Positions 37,585-52,461 of a stretch of 64,000 nucleotides of DNA are shown in pieces (the stretch's first letter is position 1; each line of letters starts with the position of its first letter). Both the position numbers and the translations under genes were made by a program. Origin of the DNA: Candidatus Moraniibacteriota bacterium (GTDB lineage Bacteria; Patescibacteriota; Minisyncoccia; Moranbacterales; DUUL01); contig JALVDV010000007.1 in NCBI GenBank assembly GCA_027008775.1, positions 5,797 to 69,796 of the forward strand, read 5' to 3'. A model generated the notes under the pieces. It saw only the letters and a program-made list of their open reading frames with translations. It was not told the origin of the DNA and did no database searches.

Positions 37585-38976
37585 ATGATAAAAGAGGAGA
37601 AAGAAAATGTAAAATTAAAACATCTTTGGCAGTTTTTGGCGGGAGGTTCGTTGGTGGTTTGGTTTTTAATGTTTTTTCTTTTTCCGGCAGAGGCAAAGAT
37701 TTTTTGGACGACCATATTTGTGCTTTTCAAAGATTACTGGTGGATAGTTTTGCCTTTTCCGATGTGGGAAATTTATCAATCAATGTGGATGGAACAGGTG
37801 GTGGGGGCTTGGTTGTCCAGTCGGGAATATACGTTATTGGAATTGATTCCTCCACGGGATATTGAGAAAAGTCCCAAGTTAATGGAACATGTTTTTGCCG
37901 GAATAAATGATTATTCCACGCCGAATCGTTTAGAGATTCATTGCGGTTGGCGTGTTTTGCAGCCACGTTGGTCTTTTGAGCTGACCGGTGATGAAGGGAT
38001 GGTCAGATATTTTATTCGTTGCCCGAAGGCCTCCAAGGCGACAGCTGAAGCGCAAGTGTACGCTCATTATCCGGATATAATCATCAAGGAAGTGGAGGAC
38101 TATGTGAAGAAGGCGCCTCACAATATTCCCAATGCTCGTTGGGATATTTGGGGAGCCACTCTAACCTTGGTTAAGCCGGACCCGGTGCCTATTAGGACGT
38201 ACCGACAGTTTCAGGAGGAGGTAACCGGTAAAATGATTGATCCTCTGGCTAATATTGTTGAGGTGATGGGCGCCTTGCCCAAGGGTCAACATCTCTGGTT
38301 TCAAATTTTATTGGAAAGTGAGAAACCACCGAATTGGCACCCCGCCAGCTTGGCCTATATTCAAAGTTTAATTGATGAGCATTTGGGTAAAAAAAATGGA
38401 AAAGAGTTTCCTCTGTTGAGATTTTGGCATGAATTAAAGTTGTTGCCGGGGAACCTTTTGAGCGCTTTGGCGGGCAAAGAATTAGCTACACCACCAAGCA
38501 GTGGAGGAGAAGAAGAGCCGGAGTTTAATATAAATAAACTGCCGCCGGGAGTGCAGGAAAAAATAGAAGCCATCTCGCAAAACATTTCCAAACCCGGTTT
38601 CCGAACAGTGATAAGGTTTATATACTTTGGCACCAGAGATAATTTCAACAAGGCGCTGGGAGTAGCCGGTATTATGGGTCCGATAAAACAGTTGGGAGAC
38701 GTTAATTTAAATGACTTGGTGCCTTCAAATTTAACTAAAACTTTTGCCAATTACTATTTTGATGAAGAGAGGTTGTTACGGAAGAAAAGAAAAATTTATA
38801 ATGATTTTATCTCCCGAGATATGGTTGGGCTTTGGATGATTATGAATACGGAGGAATTGGCCACTCTTTATCACTTCCCAGATATGTCTATCAGAAGTCA
38901 GGCTATTACCAGAGTGGAATCCAGACGGGAAGAAGCTCCCGCCAATTTACCGGTTGATTTGGAAGTTGAAGAATAA
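37585..38976 (+). CDS. Membrane-anchored hypothetical protein preceding a TraG/VirD4-like ATPase
   Basis: N-terminal TMs, LLELIPP..KSPKLME, WSFEL, YAHYPD, NTEELATLYHFP, APANLP. Confidence 0.75.
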   Translation: MIKEEKENVKLKHLWQFLAGGSLVVWFLMFFLFPAEAKIFWTTIFVLFKDYWWIVLPFPMWEIYQSMWMEQVVGAWLSSREYTLLELIPPRDIEKSPKLMEHVFAGINDYSTPNRLEIHCGWRVLQPRWSFELTGDEGMVRYFIRCPKASKATAEAQVYAHYPDIIIKEVEDYVKKAPHNIPNARWDIWGATLTLVKPDPVPIRTYRQFQEEVTGKMIDPLANIVEVMGALPKGQHLWFQILLESEKPPNWHPASLAYIQSLIDEHLGKKNGKEFPLLRFWHELKLLPGNLLSALAGKELATPPSSGGEEEPEFNINKLPPGVQEKIEAISQNISKPGFRTVIRFIYFGTRDNFNKALGVAGIMGPIKQLGDVNLNDLVPSNLTKTFANYYFDEERLLRKKRKIYNDFISRDMVGLWMIMNTEELATLYHFPDMSIRSQAITRVESRREEAPANLPVDLEVEE

Positions 38977-39014
38977 AAATCCAAACTTAATCAGTTAAGT
39001 AAGCTAAAATAACA

Positions 39015-40973
39015 ATGGTTGAGACAAAAGAAGAAATAAATTTCTTTGCCAAAACCAATTTTCGCAACAAGGAGCGTCCTTTCGGAATAAAAACCGATGA
39101 TCGGCGCAGGCATTTCTATACTCTGGGAAAAACGGGAATGGGTAAGACGAGCATGATTCAGAATATGGCCATTCAGGATATTCGCAGTGGCAAGGGTTTG
39201 GCCATTGTTGATCCGCATGGTGAATTTGCCGAGGAATGTTTGAAGGCCGTGCCGGAAGAAAGAATCAAAGATGTTATTTATTTTAATCCGGCCGATTTGG
39301 AATATCCGATTTCTTTGAATATTTTGGAAAAGGTTGATCCGGAACATAGACATCTGGTTTCTTCCGGTTTGATAGGAATTTTTAAAAAACTTTGGGCTGA
39401 TTCTTGGGGTCCTCGTTTGGAGTATATTTTACGCAATGCCATTTTGGCTTTGTTGTCGCATCCTTCTTCCACTTTATTAGGAATCAATCGTTTGTTGGTT
39501 GACAAACAGTATCGGGAAGAGGTTCTGTCTTACGTTGACGATCCGGTGGTGAGTTCTTTTTGGAAGGATGAATTTTCCAAGTATAACGACCGTTTGTTAA
39601 CAGAGGCTATTTCTCCCATCCAAAATAAAGTTGGTCAGTTCTTGTCAAGCGGTTTGATTAGGAACATTGTGGGGCAAACCAAATCTTCTTTTTCCGTCAG
39701 GGAAGCGATGGATAGCAATAAGATTTTGATTTTAAATCTCTCCAAGGGACGGATTGGAGAGGATAGTAGCGCTTTGCTGGGAGCAATGATGATTACCAAG
39801 ATTCAACTGGCGGCAATGAGTAGAGTTGATATTCCCGAGGCGGAAAGAAAGGATTTCTATCTTTATGTTGATGAGTTCCAGAATTTTGCCACCGAATCTT
39901 TCGCCGGTATTCTTTCAGAAGCCAGAAAATACCGATTGAGTTTGATTTTGGCGCATCAGTTTATGGCTCAGTTGGATGAGTCGGTGATGAATGCCGTTTT
40001 GGGTAATGTGGGAACGATTGTAGCTTTTCGAGTGGGGGCGATGGACGCGGAGATTTTGGAAAAGGAGTTTGAGCCGGTTTTTTATGCCAATGACTTGGTT
40101 AATTTGGACAAGTATAATATTTATCTGAAGCTGATGATTGACGGAGTGGCCACTCGGCCGTTTTCGGCAACTACGTTGATGCCGATAGACACCAGTGATA
40201 CAGCTGAGAATCTGGAGAAAGTAATAGAAATGTCTCGCCGGCAATATGCTCACGATCGGGCGACGGTGGAACGGCGCATTATGGAATGGAGCGGGATGCG
40301 CAGCGGGGCGGTTAGCAAGAATATTGAATCTTTAGCCAAAAACAGAATACGTGATTTGGTGAAAGGAAGCGCAAATGTTTCGGCGCAGAAGTCGGTAAAC
40401 GATGATCAAAATAGAAACAAAAAGGGAAAAGGAAAAGGACAAGCAAAAAAAGGCGCGGGAAAAGCGAAAGTAACGAAAACCGATGCTTTGATAAATGAAC
40501 TGGGAATTGGTTTGGGAGAAGAGACAGTTGGCTCTTCGGAGGGAGATCTTGAAGTGGGGCAATCGGAAGTGTCTCCGATAAATGCGGGAAGAGAAGAGGG
40601 AACTATATCAGGAGAGCCGAAAGCAAACAAAAAGAAAAAGGCAAAACCAGCGGAAGAAAAACAACAAACAAGGATAAAAGTTAATTGCTCCGGTTGCGGT
40701 ATAGAAACAGAGGTGAATTTTCAGCCGGATGGAGTGCGGCCGGTTTTTTGTCCGGAATGTTTGAAGGAGTACCGTCGTCAACAGGCCAAGTTGAAACAAG
40801 AGATGGAAATGGCCAACTCAGCGTCGGCGCAGATAAATGAGTCGGGTCAAACAAAAGATAAATCAAACGTTAATAGGCCGGTGTTGACGAGAAAAAAAGA
40901 AGCAAAGAAGACGTCGGTGGATACCGATGAAGTCAAAAGATTAATTCAGGAAGCTATTGATGGAAAAAAGTAA
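39015..40973 (+). CDS. TraG/VirD4/HerA-like ATPase with a C-terminal CxxC-x17-CxxC zinc ribbon
   Basis: DRRRHFYTLGKTGMGKT, DPHGE, YVDEFQNF, SEARKY, AHQ; CSGC-17 aa-CPEC. Confidence 0.88.
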   Translation: MVETKEEINFFAKTNFRNKERPFGIKTDDRRRHFYTLGKTGMGKTSMIQNMAIQDIRSGKGLAIVDPHGEFAEECLKAVPEERIKDVIYFNPADLEYPISLNILEKVDPEHRHLVSSGLIGIFKKLWADSWGPRLEYILRNAILALLSHPSSTLLGINRLLVDKQYREEVLSYVDDPVVSSFWKDEFSKYNDRLLTEAISPIQNKVGQFLSSGLIRNIVGQTKSSFSVREAMDSNKILILNLSKGRIGEDSSALLGAMMITKIQLAAMSRVDIPEAERKDFYLYVDEFQNFATESFAGILSEARKYRLSLILAHQFMAQLDESVMNAVLGNVGTIVAFRVGAMDAEILEKEFEPVFYANDLVNLDKYNIYLKLMIDGVATRPFSATTLMPIDTSDTAENLEKVIEMSRRQYAHDRATVERRIMEWSGMRSGAVSKNIESLAKNRIRDLVKGSANVSAQKSVNDDQNRNKKGKGKGQAKKGAGKAKVTKTDALINELGIGLGEETVGSSEGDLEVGQSEVSPINAGREEGTISGEPKANKKKKAKPAEEKQQTRIKVNCSGCGIETEVNFQPDGVRPVFCPECLKEYRRQQAKLKQEMEMANSASAQINESGQTKDKSNVNRPVLTRKKEAKKTSVDTDEVKRLIQEAIDGKK

Positions 40974-42021
40974 AAGTGTTTTAGTTGGTTTGAGCGGAGG
41001 GGTTGATTCCTTGGTGACAGCTCATTTGTTACAAGAAAGCGGTTATAGGGTGAAGACTGTTTTTTTGAAACTTAGGGATGACAAGGCCGAAGAAGCGAGG
41101 GCAAAAATGGCAGCCGATTCTTTGGGTTTGAAATTGGGTGTTTTTGATTTACGAAAAGAGTTCGAAAAAACCGTTCGCTCTGATTTTGTAAAAAAATATC
41201 AAAAAGGTTTGACTCCCAATCCGTGTGTCTTTTGCAATCCGGAAATCAAGTTTGCTTTTTTGCAAAAAATGGCTGATAGATTGGATTGCAAGAAAATAGC
41301 CACCGGACATTATGCCAAGGTGGAGTGCCGGCCGGAAAGTGAGGAGAAAGATAAAAAGTGCTTGTTGATAAAAGCTAAAGATAAATCCAAGGACCAGTCT
41401 TACTTTCTTTACAGGTTAAGCGCAAAGCAGTTGCGGAAGATTTTGTTTCCCTTGGGCGGTTTGAAAAAAGCGGAAGTTAAAAAAATTGCTCAGAAAAATA
41501 ATCTACCTTTACCAAAGGCGGAGTCTCAAGATGCTTGTTTTTTGGTTGGTTCCAACTTAGATGATTTTTTGCGTAACAATTTGTCAAGCAATCTTTTTAC
41601 TCCAGGAGAGATTGTGGATGAAAAGGGTGAAAAAGTCGGGACCCACCGGGGGCTGTTGTCTTACACAATCGGGCAAAGAAAGGGGATAGATGTTGGGGGA
41701 ACGGGTCCTTTTTATGTCAAGGGTAAGGATTTTAAGAAAAATGTTTTGTTGGTGACACGTCGTCGGGATGACTTGCTTTCTGATAAAGTTGTGTTTAGGC
41801 AAACAAATTGGCTGGCCGGTTTGCCTGAAAAGGATAAACAATATCATGTTAAAATCAGATATCAGATGAAACCGGTGAGGGCGACTGTGCAGAGAAAGGG
41901 TAGTCATTGGGAAGCAGTGGCGCAGGAGGGAGACGCCTTTAGTATGGTTACACCCGGGCAGTCATTGGTGGTTTATGATGGTGATGTGGTTATTGGGGGA
42001 GGAGTGATAGAATTTGTTTAA
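40960..42021 (+). CDS. mnmA: tRNA 2-thiouridylase
   Basis: SGGVDS, TPNPCVFCN, ATGHY, KDQSYFL, ESQDACF, YTIGQRKG, TPGQ. Confidence 0.95.
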   Translation: MEKSKSVLVGLSGGVDSLVTAHLLQESGYRVKTVFLKLRDDKAEEARAKMAADSLGLKLGVFDLRKEFEKTVRSDFVKKYQKGLTPNPCVFCNPEIKFAFLQKMADRLDCKKIATGHYAKVECRPESEEKDKKCLLIKAKDKSKDQSYFLYRLSAKQLRKILFPLGGLKKAEVKKIAQKNNLPLPKAESQDACFLVGSNLDDFLRNNLSSNLFTPGEIVDEKGEKVGTHRGLLSYTIGQRKGIDVGGTGPFYVKGKDFKKNVLLVTRRRDDLLSDKVVFRQTNWLAGLPEKDKQYHVKIRYQMKPVRATVQRKGSHWEAVAQEGDAFSMVTPGQSLVVYDGDVVIGGGVIEFV

Positions 42022-42054
42022 AGTTTTAATTTTTTGAGAATGTCATTGTAAAAT

Positions 42055-42083
42055 TTCACCAAATAGTCAAAGTGGTGTATAAT
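42055..42083 (+). promoter_or_regulatory. Sigma70-type promoter directly upstream of element copy B
   Basis: TTCACC-17 nt-TATAAT; predicted start site near 42090. Confidence 0.55.
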
Positions 42084-42094
42084 TTTTGTTGAAG

Positions 42095-42262
42095 AATTCA
42101 TCGGGTTCTCCTTTTTCAATATTTAGTCAAGCTTTTTGGATGTTATTTTTTACTTGGTGTTTGACACTTTGTTGATTGAAGAATAAGTCAAATATATGTC
42201 CGAAAATAACACTCAAAAAGCTTGAGAGACAAAGAGTTTAGGAGGGTAGCTCTAAGTGAATT
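42095..42262 (+). ncRNA. ~170-nt structured element, copy B (6S-RNA-like fold)
   Basis: Closing stem aattcat/gtgaatt and gggttctccttt/ggagggtagctc, central bubble, stem tcaagctttttggatgttattttt/gaaaataacactcaaaaagcttga. Confidence 0.6.
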
Positions 42263-42302
42263 ATGGAAGTTTTGTTGGTTGATTCTGTTTTAAATTAAAA
42301 TT

Positions 42303-42611
42303 ATGAATAATGAGACAAATATCAGGGAACTGAGAAATCTTTTAACAGCTCTCAATGTTAAATTGGTTGATTTGGAGGCCGATGAGAAAAGATTGAAAGT
42401 GGAAAAGGAAAAATTGGCTTTGGAAATTAGACGAAAAAAGAAGGAGAGGCAGAGATTGGAATTGTTTATCAGGGAGTTAAAAAACCGAGAAAAAGAAATT
42501 GAAAAAAAGTTTTTTGAATTCTCGGCGGATAAAAAACGTCTTTTAAAGAAGAGGGAGGAATTATTGGCCAAAATGAGATTGCTTGAAAGTAAATCTGATA
42601 ATAATTTTTAA
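42303..42611 (+). CDS. Small coiled-coil hypothetical protein
   Basis: 102 aa, K/E/R/L-rich heptads, 13 nt upstream of the second ATPase. Confidence 0.7.
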   Translation: MNNETNIRELRNLLTALNVKLVDLEADEKRLKVEKEKLALEIRRKKKERQRLELFIRELKNREKEIEKKFFEFSADKKRLLKKREELLAKMRLLESKSDNNF

Positions 42612-42624
42612 TTAGTTCTGGGCA

Positions 42625-46361
<3,737 letters not shown>

Positions 46362-46447
46362 ATAAAGGTTGGAAAATGTTTTAAGGGGAAACTGAAGGTG
46401 GTAAATTTGCAAGCAGGTCGTTATTGGTTTTGGTTGCTTTCCTTGAT

Positions 46448-46485
46448 AAAGGCTCAATCTTTGTGGACGTGAGAATTGAGTCTTT
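46448..46485 (+). terminator. Hairpin between ligA and dnaG
   Basis: aaaggctcaat...attgagtcttt followed by T-rich sequence. Confidence 0.45.
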
Positions 46486-46540
46486 GCTTTCTTATTGTTG
46501 GATGGGCAAAAAAGGCGGATAATATCATTTCTTAAACAAA

Positions 46541-48334
46541 ATGGCTGGAGAAATTGAGCAAATAAAAGAAAGAGTGGGGGTGGTGGAACTCATTGGAGAA
46601 TATGTTAAGTTGGAAAAAGCCGGGAGTAATTATCGGGCGCTTTGTCCTTTTCATAACGAAAAGACGCCCTCTTTTATGGTCAATCCGGAGAGGAATTTCT
46701 GGTATTGTTTTGGTTGTCAGGAAGGCGGAGACATTTTTACTTTTTTGCAAAAAATAGAGGGTCTGGAATTTAGAGAGGCTCTGGTTAAGTTGGCGGAAAG
46801 AGCCAATGTTCAGCTGCCGCGTTTGCAAAGAGGAGATTATCAAAAAGAAAAGTCTGAGAAGGAGGAGGTTTGGCGGGCTCTGGAATTGACTACCGAATTT
46901 TACCAAAGACAGTTGTTGAAAAATAATAAGGCTAGGGCGGTAATTCAATATTTAAAAGAGAGAGGTTTTACTCGGTCGGTGATTTATGATTTTAAAATAG
47001 GTTATGCTCCGGAAGGATGGGATAATCTCCTCAATTATTTGCAAGGAAGGAAAATCAGGCCGGCTGTAATGCTGAGAGCCGGCTTGTTGGTTGAGGGGAA
47101 GGCCGGAGGAATGAAAGAGCAGGGGAAGTCTTATTATGACAGATTTCGGGACAGGATAATGTTTCCAATTCTGGATGCCAGTGGTCGGACGGTTGGCTAT
47201 TCGGGTCGGATAAATCCCACCGAAGAAAAGACGGCGGTGGCCAAATACATTAACACGCCTCAAACTTTAGTTTACGATAAAAGCCGAGTGCTTTACGGTC
47301 TTTATCAAGCCAAGGAAGCTATTCGGCGGAGTGGTTACGCGATTGTGGTGGAAGGTAATGCCGATGTGGTCCTGTCTCACACGGTTGGCGTGAAGAATAT
47401 TGTAGCGGTTTCCGGAACGGCTCTGACCGAGGAGCAAGTGGCTTTACTGAAGCGTTACACTGATAAAGTGATGTTGGCTTTTGATATGGATGAGGCCGGA
47501 CGCAAAGCGACGGAACGCAGTTTGGCGGCTTGTTTGCGTAATGATTTGGAAGTGAAAATTATTTTGTTGACTGAGCGTTATAAAGATGTTGGCGATGTTA
47601 TTCAAGATAAACCTCAGCGTTGGCCGGAGTTCATTAAAAAGGCTTTGCCGGTGATGGAATATTATTTTGATACTTTAATTAACGAGGAATCAATTTCTGA
47701 TATACGGAGAAAGAAATTAGTCATCAGAAAGTTGATAGGGATTATAGCAAACATTGCCGATCCGGTGGAGCGATCCTACTGGTTGAAGAAATTGGCGGCG
47801 AGGACGGCGGTGGAAGAAACTTTGTTGACAGATTTGCTGAAAAAAGTTAAATTGAAGGATGTGCAAAAAGATATTGAAGGGAAAAAAGCGGAAGAAGGAC
47901 AGTCTTTTAGAAGCTTCAGAGAGAAGGAGGCGGATCGGTATTCTGTTTTGCAGTGTCGTCTGCTCGGTTTAGCCAGTGAATTTAGGGAAGAGTTGAAGGA
48001 TGAGTTACGTTCTTTTCCGGCTGAAAATTATCTTTCGCCGATGTTTTTGACTTTATTTGAAAATGTTCGACGGGAAAGTGTTGATAAGGAACAAGAAAAT
48101 TTGTTGAACAAATGTGTTTTGGAATTGAAGTATAAGAAAGAGGGCGATGATTTGTTGGAAGTTGAAATCAAGCCTCAGAGGGAATGGACGTTAGTGCTGG
48201 AAGAAATGGATAAAATAAAAAAACAAGCCAGGATTAAGGCGATTCAAAAAAAATTGAGGCTGTTGGAGGAACGGGGAGACGAACAGGGCGCGCAAAAATT
48301 ACTCTCCAAACTAACTGAGATTTTAGATACTTAG
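46541..48334 (+). CDS. dnaG: DNA primase
   Basis: CPFHNEKTPSF..CFGC, DRFRDRIMFPI, KYINTP, VEGNADV, FDMDEAG. Confidence 0.97.
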   Translation: MAGEIEQIKERVGVVELIGEYVKLEKAGSNYRALCPFHNEKTPSFMVNPERNFWYCFGCQEGGDIFTFLQKIEGLEFREALVKLAERANVQLPRLQRGDYQKEKSEKEEVWRALELTTEFYQRQLLKNNKARAVIQYLKERGFTRSVIYDFKIGYAPEGWDNLLNYLQGRKIRPAVMLRAGLLVEGKAGGMKEQGKSYYDRFRDRIMFPILDASGRTVGYSGRINPTEEKTAVAKYINTPQTLVYDKSRVLYGLYQAKEAIRRSGYAIVVEGNADVVLSHTVGVKNIVAVSGTALTEEQVALLKRYTDKVMLAFDMDEAGRKATERSLAACLRNDLEVKIILLTERYKDVGDVIQDKPQRWPEFIKKALPVMEYYFDTLINEESISDIRRKKLVIRKLIGIIANIADPVERSYWLKKLAARTAVEETLLTDLLKKVKLKDVQKDIEGKKAEEGQSFRSFREKEADRYSVLQCRLLGLASEFREELKDELRSFPAENYLSPMFLTLFENVRRESVDKEQENLLNKCVLELKYKKEGDDLLEVEIKPQREWTLVLEEMDKIKKQARIKAIQKKLRLLEERGDEQGAQKLLSKLTEILDT

Positions 48335-48366
48335 CTAATTGTATTTAAGTTACTTCTAAAAAGAAA

Positions 48367-49683
48367 ATGACACTTGCTCAAAAAAACAAAAAGAATATAA
48401 AGATTGGCCGGGCTGGTTCGGTAAGCGGGCGGATGGCTGCAAAGACGGTTGGACGTCCTAAAAAGAAAACGGTGGCGATTAGAGCCAGAGTGGCACAACA
48501 GCAGAGAAAGCGGGCGACCGGCAAAGAGCCGAGAAAAAGTCGGGAAGAGAACTCGGTTAAGGAAGCGGTTTCCGGAGGGAAGATTACCGAGGCGGAGTTA
48601 AAAGCAAAGAGTAATTTTTTGGAAGAGGGTCGTCGTCGGGGCTTTGTGACGGAAGAGGAGATTGTGCAAACATTTGGGAGTATTGAAGATAATGTGGAAG
48701 AGATTGAGGAATTGTATGAGGAGTTGGAAAAAAATGGAATAAAAGTTATTGACTCGGAGGAGGTTATAAAAAATGAGATAGAAAAAGAAAGTCAGGAAGA
48801 CGAGAAGGTGCAAAAGAAGAAGTTTGAAGAAAGGATAAAAGCGGACAGCGTCAATCTTTCCGATTCGGTGCAAATGTATTTGCAAGAAATAGGAAAGACC
48901 GATTTGATTGATGCCAAAAAGGAAATTGAATTGGCCAAAAGAATAGAGAAAGGTGATGAATTGGCGCGCAAAGAGTTGACGGAGGCCAATTTGCGATTGG
49001 TGGTTTCCATTGCCAAGAAATACGTGGGACGAGGACATAGTTTGTCTTTTTTGGATTTAATTCAGGAGGGTAATATCGGCTTGTTCAGAGCGGTGGAAAA
49101 GTTTGATTATCGAAGAGGTTATAAATTTTCCACTTATGCTACTTGGTGGATCAGACAGTCTATTACCAGGGCGATTGCCGACCAGTCTCGCACAATCAGA
49201 ATTCCTGTCCATATGGTGGAAACGATAAACAAATATATTCAAACGACCAGGCGCTTGGTGCAGGAATTGGGTCGGGAACCTTTGCCGGAGGAGGTTGCTT
49301 CAGAGATGGGGATAGATGTTGATAAAGTGCGTCATATTATGAAAATTTCCCAGGAGACCGTTTCTTTGGAAACCTCGGTCGGTACCGGAGAGAATGAAAG
49401 TACCTTGGTTGATTTTATAAAAGACAATAAAACGGTTATGCCGAGCAAGGCGGCGGCCAGAATGTTGTTGCGGAAATATATTAATGAATCTTTGGAAACT
49501 TTAACTCCGCGGGAACAGAAAGTTTTGAAAATTCGTTTTGGTCTGGAGGATGGCATAACTCATACCTTGGAGGAGGTTGGTCGTGAGTTTGGAGTAACGC
49601 GAGAGCGAATTAGACAAATTGAGGCCAAAGCTTTGGAAAAAATAAGGAATGATAAAAGGAGTAAAAAATTAAAGCATTACTAG
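48367..49683 (+). CDS. rpoD: Primary RNA polymerase sigma factor
   Basis: [51 protein letters not shown]. Confidence 0.97.
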   Translation: MTLAQKNKKNIKIGRAGSVSGRMAAKTVGRPKKKTVAIRARVAQQQRKRATGKEPRKSREENSVKEAVSGGKITEAELKAKSNFLEEGRRRGFVTEEEIVQTFGSIEDNVEEIEELYEELEKNGIKVIDSEEVIKNEIEKESQEDEKVQKKKFEERIKADSVNLSDSVQMYLQEIGKTDLIDAKKEIELAKRIEKGDELARKELTEANLRLVVSIAKKYVGRGHSLSFLDLIQEGNIGLFRAVEKFDYRRGYKFSTYATWWIRQSITRAIADQSRTIRIPVHMVETINKYIQTTRRLVQELGREPLPEEVASEMGIDVDKVRHIMKISQETVSLETSVGTGENESTLVDFIKDNKTVMPSKAAARMLLRKYINESLETLTPREQKVLKIRFGLEDGITHTLEEVGREFGVTRERIRQIEAKALEKIRNDKRSKKLKHY

Positions 49684-49778
49684 GTTTGTTTTGTCTGTTG
49701 ATTTTTGTTAAGAGGGCTCTTTCGGGAAGACGATAGTTCTGCTACAATAATTTTATACAAGTTTATACAAAAATAAAA

Positions 49779-51023
49779 ATGGATTATATTACCACAATTG
49801 ATGTTGGCTCGGATAATGTAAGAACTATTATTAGTCAGGTTAACGACGAAGCTCTGCCGCGGATTGTGGGGGTTGGTTCTGTGCCGACCGAAGGTATGCG
49901 TCGGGGGGCGGTGGTGGAAATTGAAGAAGTAAGTGATTCTATCAGGAAGTCGGTGGAGATGGCTGAACTTCATTCCGGGGTTCAGGTTAGTGAGGCCTAT
50001 GTTTCGGCAAATGGAACGGACCTGGAATTTATGGAAATCAAGGGAGTGGTGGCGGTTGGTTTGGCTAACGGTGAGGTGGTGGAGAGTGATGTTCAGCGAG
50101 CTATTGAAGCCGCTCAGGCAATTAATCTCCCTCTAAACAAGGAGATAATACATGTTATTCCTCAAGGTTTTCAGGTTGACGATCAGGAGAAGGTTAAAGA
50201 TCCGGTGGGGATGAGCGGGGTAAGGTTGGAAATGACCGGAGTGGCTATTTTGGCCGGCAGTTCCAATTTAAAAAACTTGACAAAGTGTTTTGACAATAAT
50301 GATATATCGGTTCTGGGTTTTGTGGCGGCGCCTTTGGCGGCAAGTCAGTCGGCTTTAAACAAAAGGCAGAAAGAATTGGGTAGTGTGTTGATTGAATTGG
50401 GCGGAGGAGTGACATCTTTAATTGTTTATGAGGAACAAAATATTTTGGATGTGAAAGTGATTCCCATTGGTATGAATTTGGTGACCAATGATGTTGCCAT
50501 TGGGTTGCGAACATCAGTGGAGGTGGCGGAAAAAGTAAAGTTAAAATATGGCTCTGCTTTGCCAGCGGAAATCAGCAATGACGATGAGATTAATCTGGCT
50601 GATCTGGACGAGGAGGAAGAGGGGGTTGTCTCTCGCAAGTACGTGGCGGAAATAATAGAAGCCAGAGTAGAGGAAATTTTTTATGAAGTGGAAAAGGAAT
50701 TGAAACGAATAGAAAGAAGCGCTCTGTTGCCGGCCGGTTCAATTTTGAGTGGAGGAGGCGCTTATGTTCACGGAGCAGTTGATTTGGCTAAAGATATTTT
50801 GAAGCTACCGGCGCAAATTGGTTTCCCTAAAGAGATGAGTGGCTTAACAGACAAGGTTGACAGCCCAATGTTTAATGTGGCGGTAGGGATGTTGTTGTGG
50901 GTATTGGAAAATGAGGATGTTTCGGAGGCGGGGGTGAGTAGGGGAAATTTTCTGGAAAATTTAAAAGGGGCCTGGCCGGAGTTGGCGGAAAAAATTAAAA
51001 AAGTTTTTAAAAAGTTTGTTTAG
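49779..51023 (+). CDS. ftsA: Cell division protein FtsA
   Basis: IDVGS, GMRRGAVV, PVGMSGVRLE, ELGGGVT, AEIIEARVEEI. Confidence 0.95.
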   Translation: MDYITTIDVGSDNVRTIISQVNDEALPRIVGVGSVPTEGMRRGAVVEIEEVSDSIRKSVEMAELHSGVQVSEAYVSANGTDLEFMEIKGVVAVGLANGEVVESDVQRAIEAAQAINLPLNKEIIHVIPQGFQVDDQEKVKDPVGMSGVRLEMTGVAILAGSSNLKNLTKCFDNNDISVLGFVAAPLAASQSALNKRQKELGSVLIELGGGVTSLIVYEEQNILDVKVIPIGMNLVTNDVAIGLRTSVEVAEKVKLKYGSALPAEISNDDEINLADLDEEEEGVVSRKYVAEIIEARVEEIFYEVEKELKRIERSALLPAGSILSGGGAYVHGAVDLAKDILKLPAQIGFPKEMSGLTDKVDSPMFNVAVGMLLWVLENEDVSEAGVSRGNFLENLKGAWPELAEKIKKVFKKFV

Positions 51024-51037
51024 AAATTTTATTGGGC

Positions 51038-51066
51038 TTGACTAGGTTAATTTGTTTTGTTAGAAT
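51038..51066 (+). promoter_or_regulatory. Internal ftsZ promoter
   Basis: TTGACT-17 nt-TAGAAT with TG extension. Confidence 0.65.
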
Positions 51067-51156
51067 TATTGACTAGATAAAATTTGTTGGGGAGGCTAGA
51101 AAATCTTATTTTATCTTGGAAAATTGAGTAAAAAATAATGTCAATAAAATAAAAGT

Positions 51157-52461
51157 ATGGTTGAAATAAAACCGGATGTGGAGACCTTTGCGAGGATTAA
51201 AGTAGTGGGTGTAGGAGGTAGTGGAAGCAATGCGGTAAGCAGGATGGTGGAAAGTCAAATGACTGGGGTGGAATTTATGGTGGTCAATACGGATGCTCAG
51301 GCTTTGCATCACTCTTTAGCGGACGAAAAGATTCACATCGGTAAGAATTTGACACAGGGTTTAGGGGCTGGTATGAATCCGGAAATTGGTCGGCAAGCGG
51401 CCGAGGAAAACAGAGATGAGATTCATGAGGCTTTGAAAGGTGTAAATATGGCTTTCATTGTTTATGGCGCCGGTGGAGGTACGGGTTCCGGAGCCGGTCC
51501 GGTGATTGCCGAGGCGGCTAAAGAGGCTGGTGCATTGACTATCGGGGTGGTTACCAAGCCGTTTTCTTTTGAGGGCAAGCAACGAGCGATGATTGCTGAT
51601 GAATCAATTGAGAATCTGAAAGAAAGAGTAGATACTTTGATTGTTATTCAGAATGATAAGTTGTTGCATATGATTGACAAAAGCACTTCTTTAATTGAGT
51701 CTTTTAGAATAGTTGATGATGTTTTGCGACAAGGAGTGCAAGGTATATCAGATTTGATTACCAAGCCGGGTATTGTGAATCTTGACTTTGCCGATATAAA
51801 TACGGTTATGAAAGAGAGTGGTAATGCTTTAATGGGTGTTGGCGTGGCTAGCGGAGAAGATAGGGCGGCTCAGGCGGCTAAATCAGCTATTAATTCTCCT
51901 TTGTTAAATGTTTCTATAGAAGGAGCGAAAGGGGTTTTGTTTAATATCAGTGGATCCGACAATGATTTAACCCTGGCGGAAATTAATGAGGCGGCTGAGC
52001 TGATTACGGAGAATGTTGACCCCAACGCGCGTATTATTTTTGGGGCCTCGGTGGACGAGCAGGCCAATGAGGGGGAGATAAGAGTGACAGTAATAGCAAC
52101 CGGATTTGATTTTGATTCGCGAAGTAGTAATGATGATTTGTTATCCAGTAGAAAGCCTTATCTGAGAGAGAAAAAAGAAAAAACTCATCAAGAGGATAAG
52201 GAGAAGATTAGTGAACAAAAAGAAAACAAGCTTTCAGTGAAGGGTAATGAGGAAATCAAGGAGGACAAGATTGGATTGGTTGGTGAAGAAAAAGAGGAAG
52301 TAAAAGAAAAAGGTTTTAAGTTATTTAACAGAAAAAATAATCGTCAAGAAGATAAGGAAGAGAGTGGGTTAGGTCTGAGTACCAAGAGTGGGAGTAACTC
52401 CTTTGATGAAATTGATGATGTGGAGGTTCCCGCTTTCATTAGGAAGAAATTGGGAAAATAG
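51157..52461 (+). CDS. ftsZ: Cell division protein FtsZ
   Basis: GVGGSGSNA, NTDAQAL, GGGTGSG, NLDFAD, C-terminal EVPAFIRK. Confidence 0.98.
   Translation: MVEIKPDVETFARIKVVGVGGSGSNAVSRMVESQMTGVEFMVVNTDAQALHHSLADEKIHIGKNLTQGLGAGMNPEIGRQAAEENRDEIHEALKGVNMAFIVYGAGGGTGSGAGPVIAEAAKEAGALTIGVVTKPFSFEGKQRAMIADESIENLKERVDTLIVIQNDKLLHMIDKSTSLIESFRIVDDVLRQGVQGISDLITKPGIVNLDFADINTVMKESGNALMGVGVASGEDRAAQAAKSAINSPLLNVSIEGAKGVLFNISGSDNDLTLAEINEAAELITENVDPNARIIFGASVDEQANEGEIRVTVIATGFDFDSRSSNDDLLSSRKPYLREKKEKTHQEDKEKISEQKENKLSVKGNEEIKEDKIGLVGEEKEEVKEKGFKLFNRKNNRQEDKEESGLGLSTKSGSNSFDEIDDVEVPAFIRKKLGK

Noticed and set aside
37373-37730. Minus-strand ORFs over element copy A
   Set aside because: They overlap the real + strand gene and the repeat, and are not seen as ORFs at copies B or C
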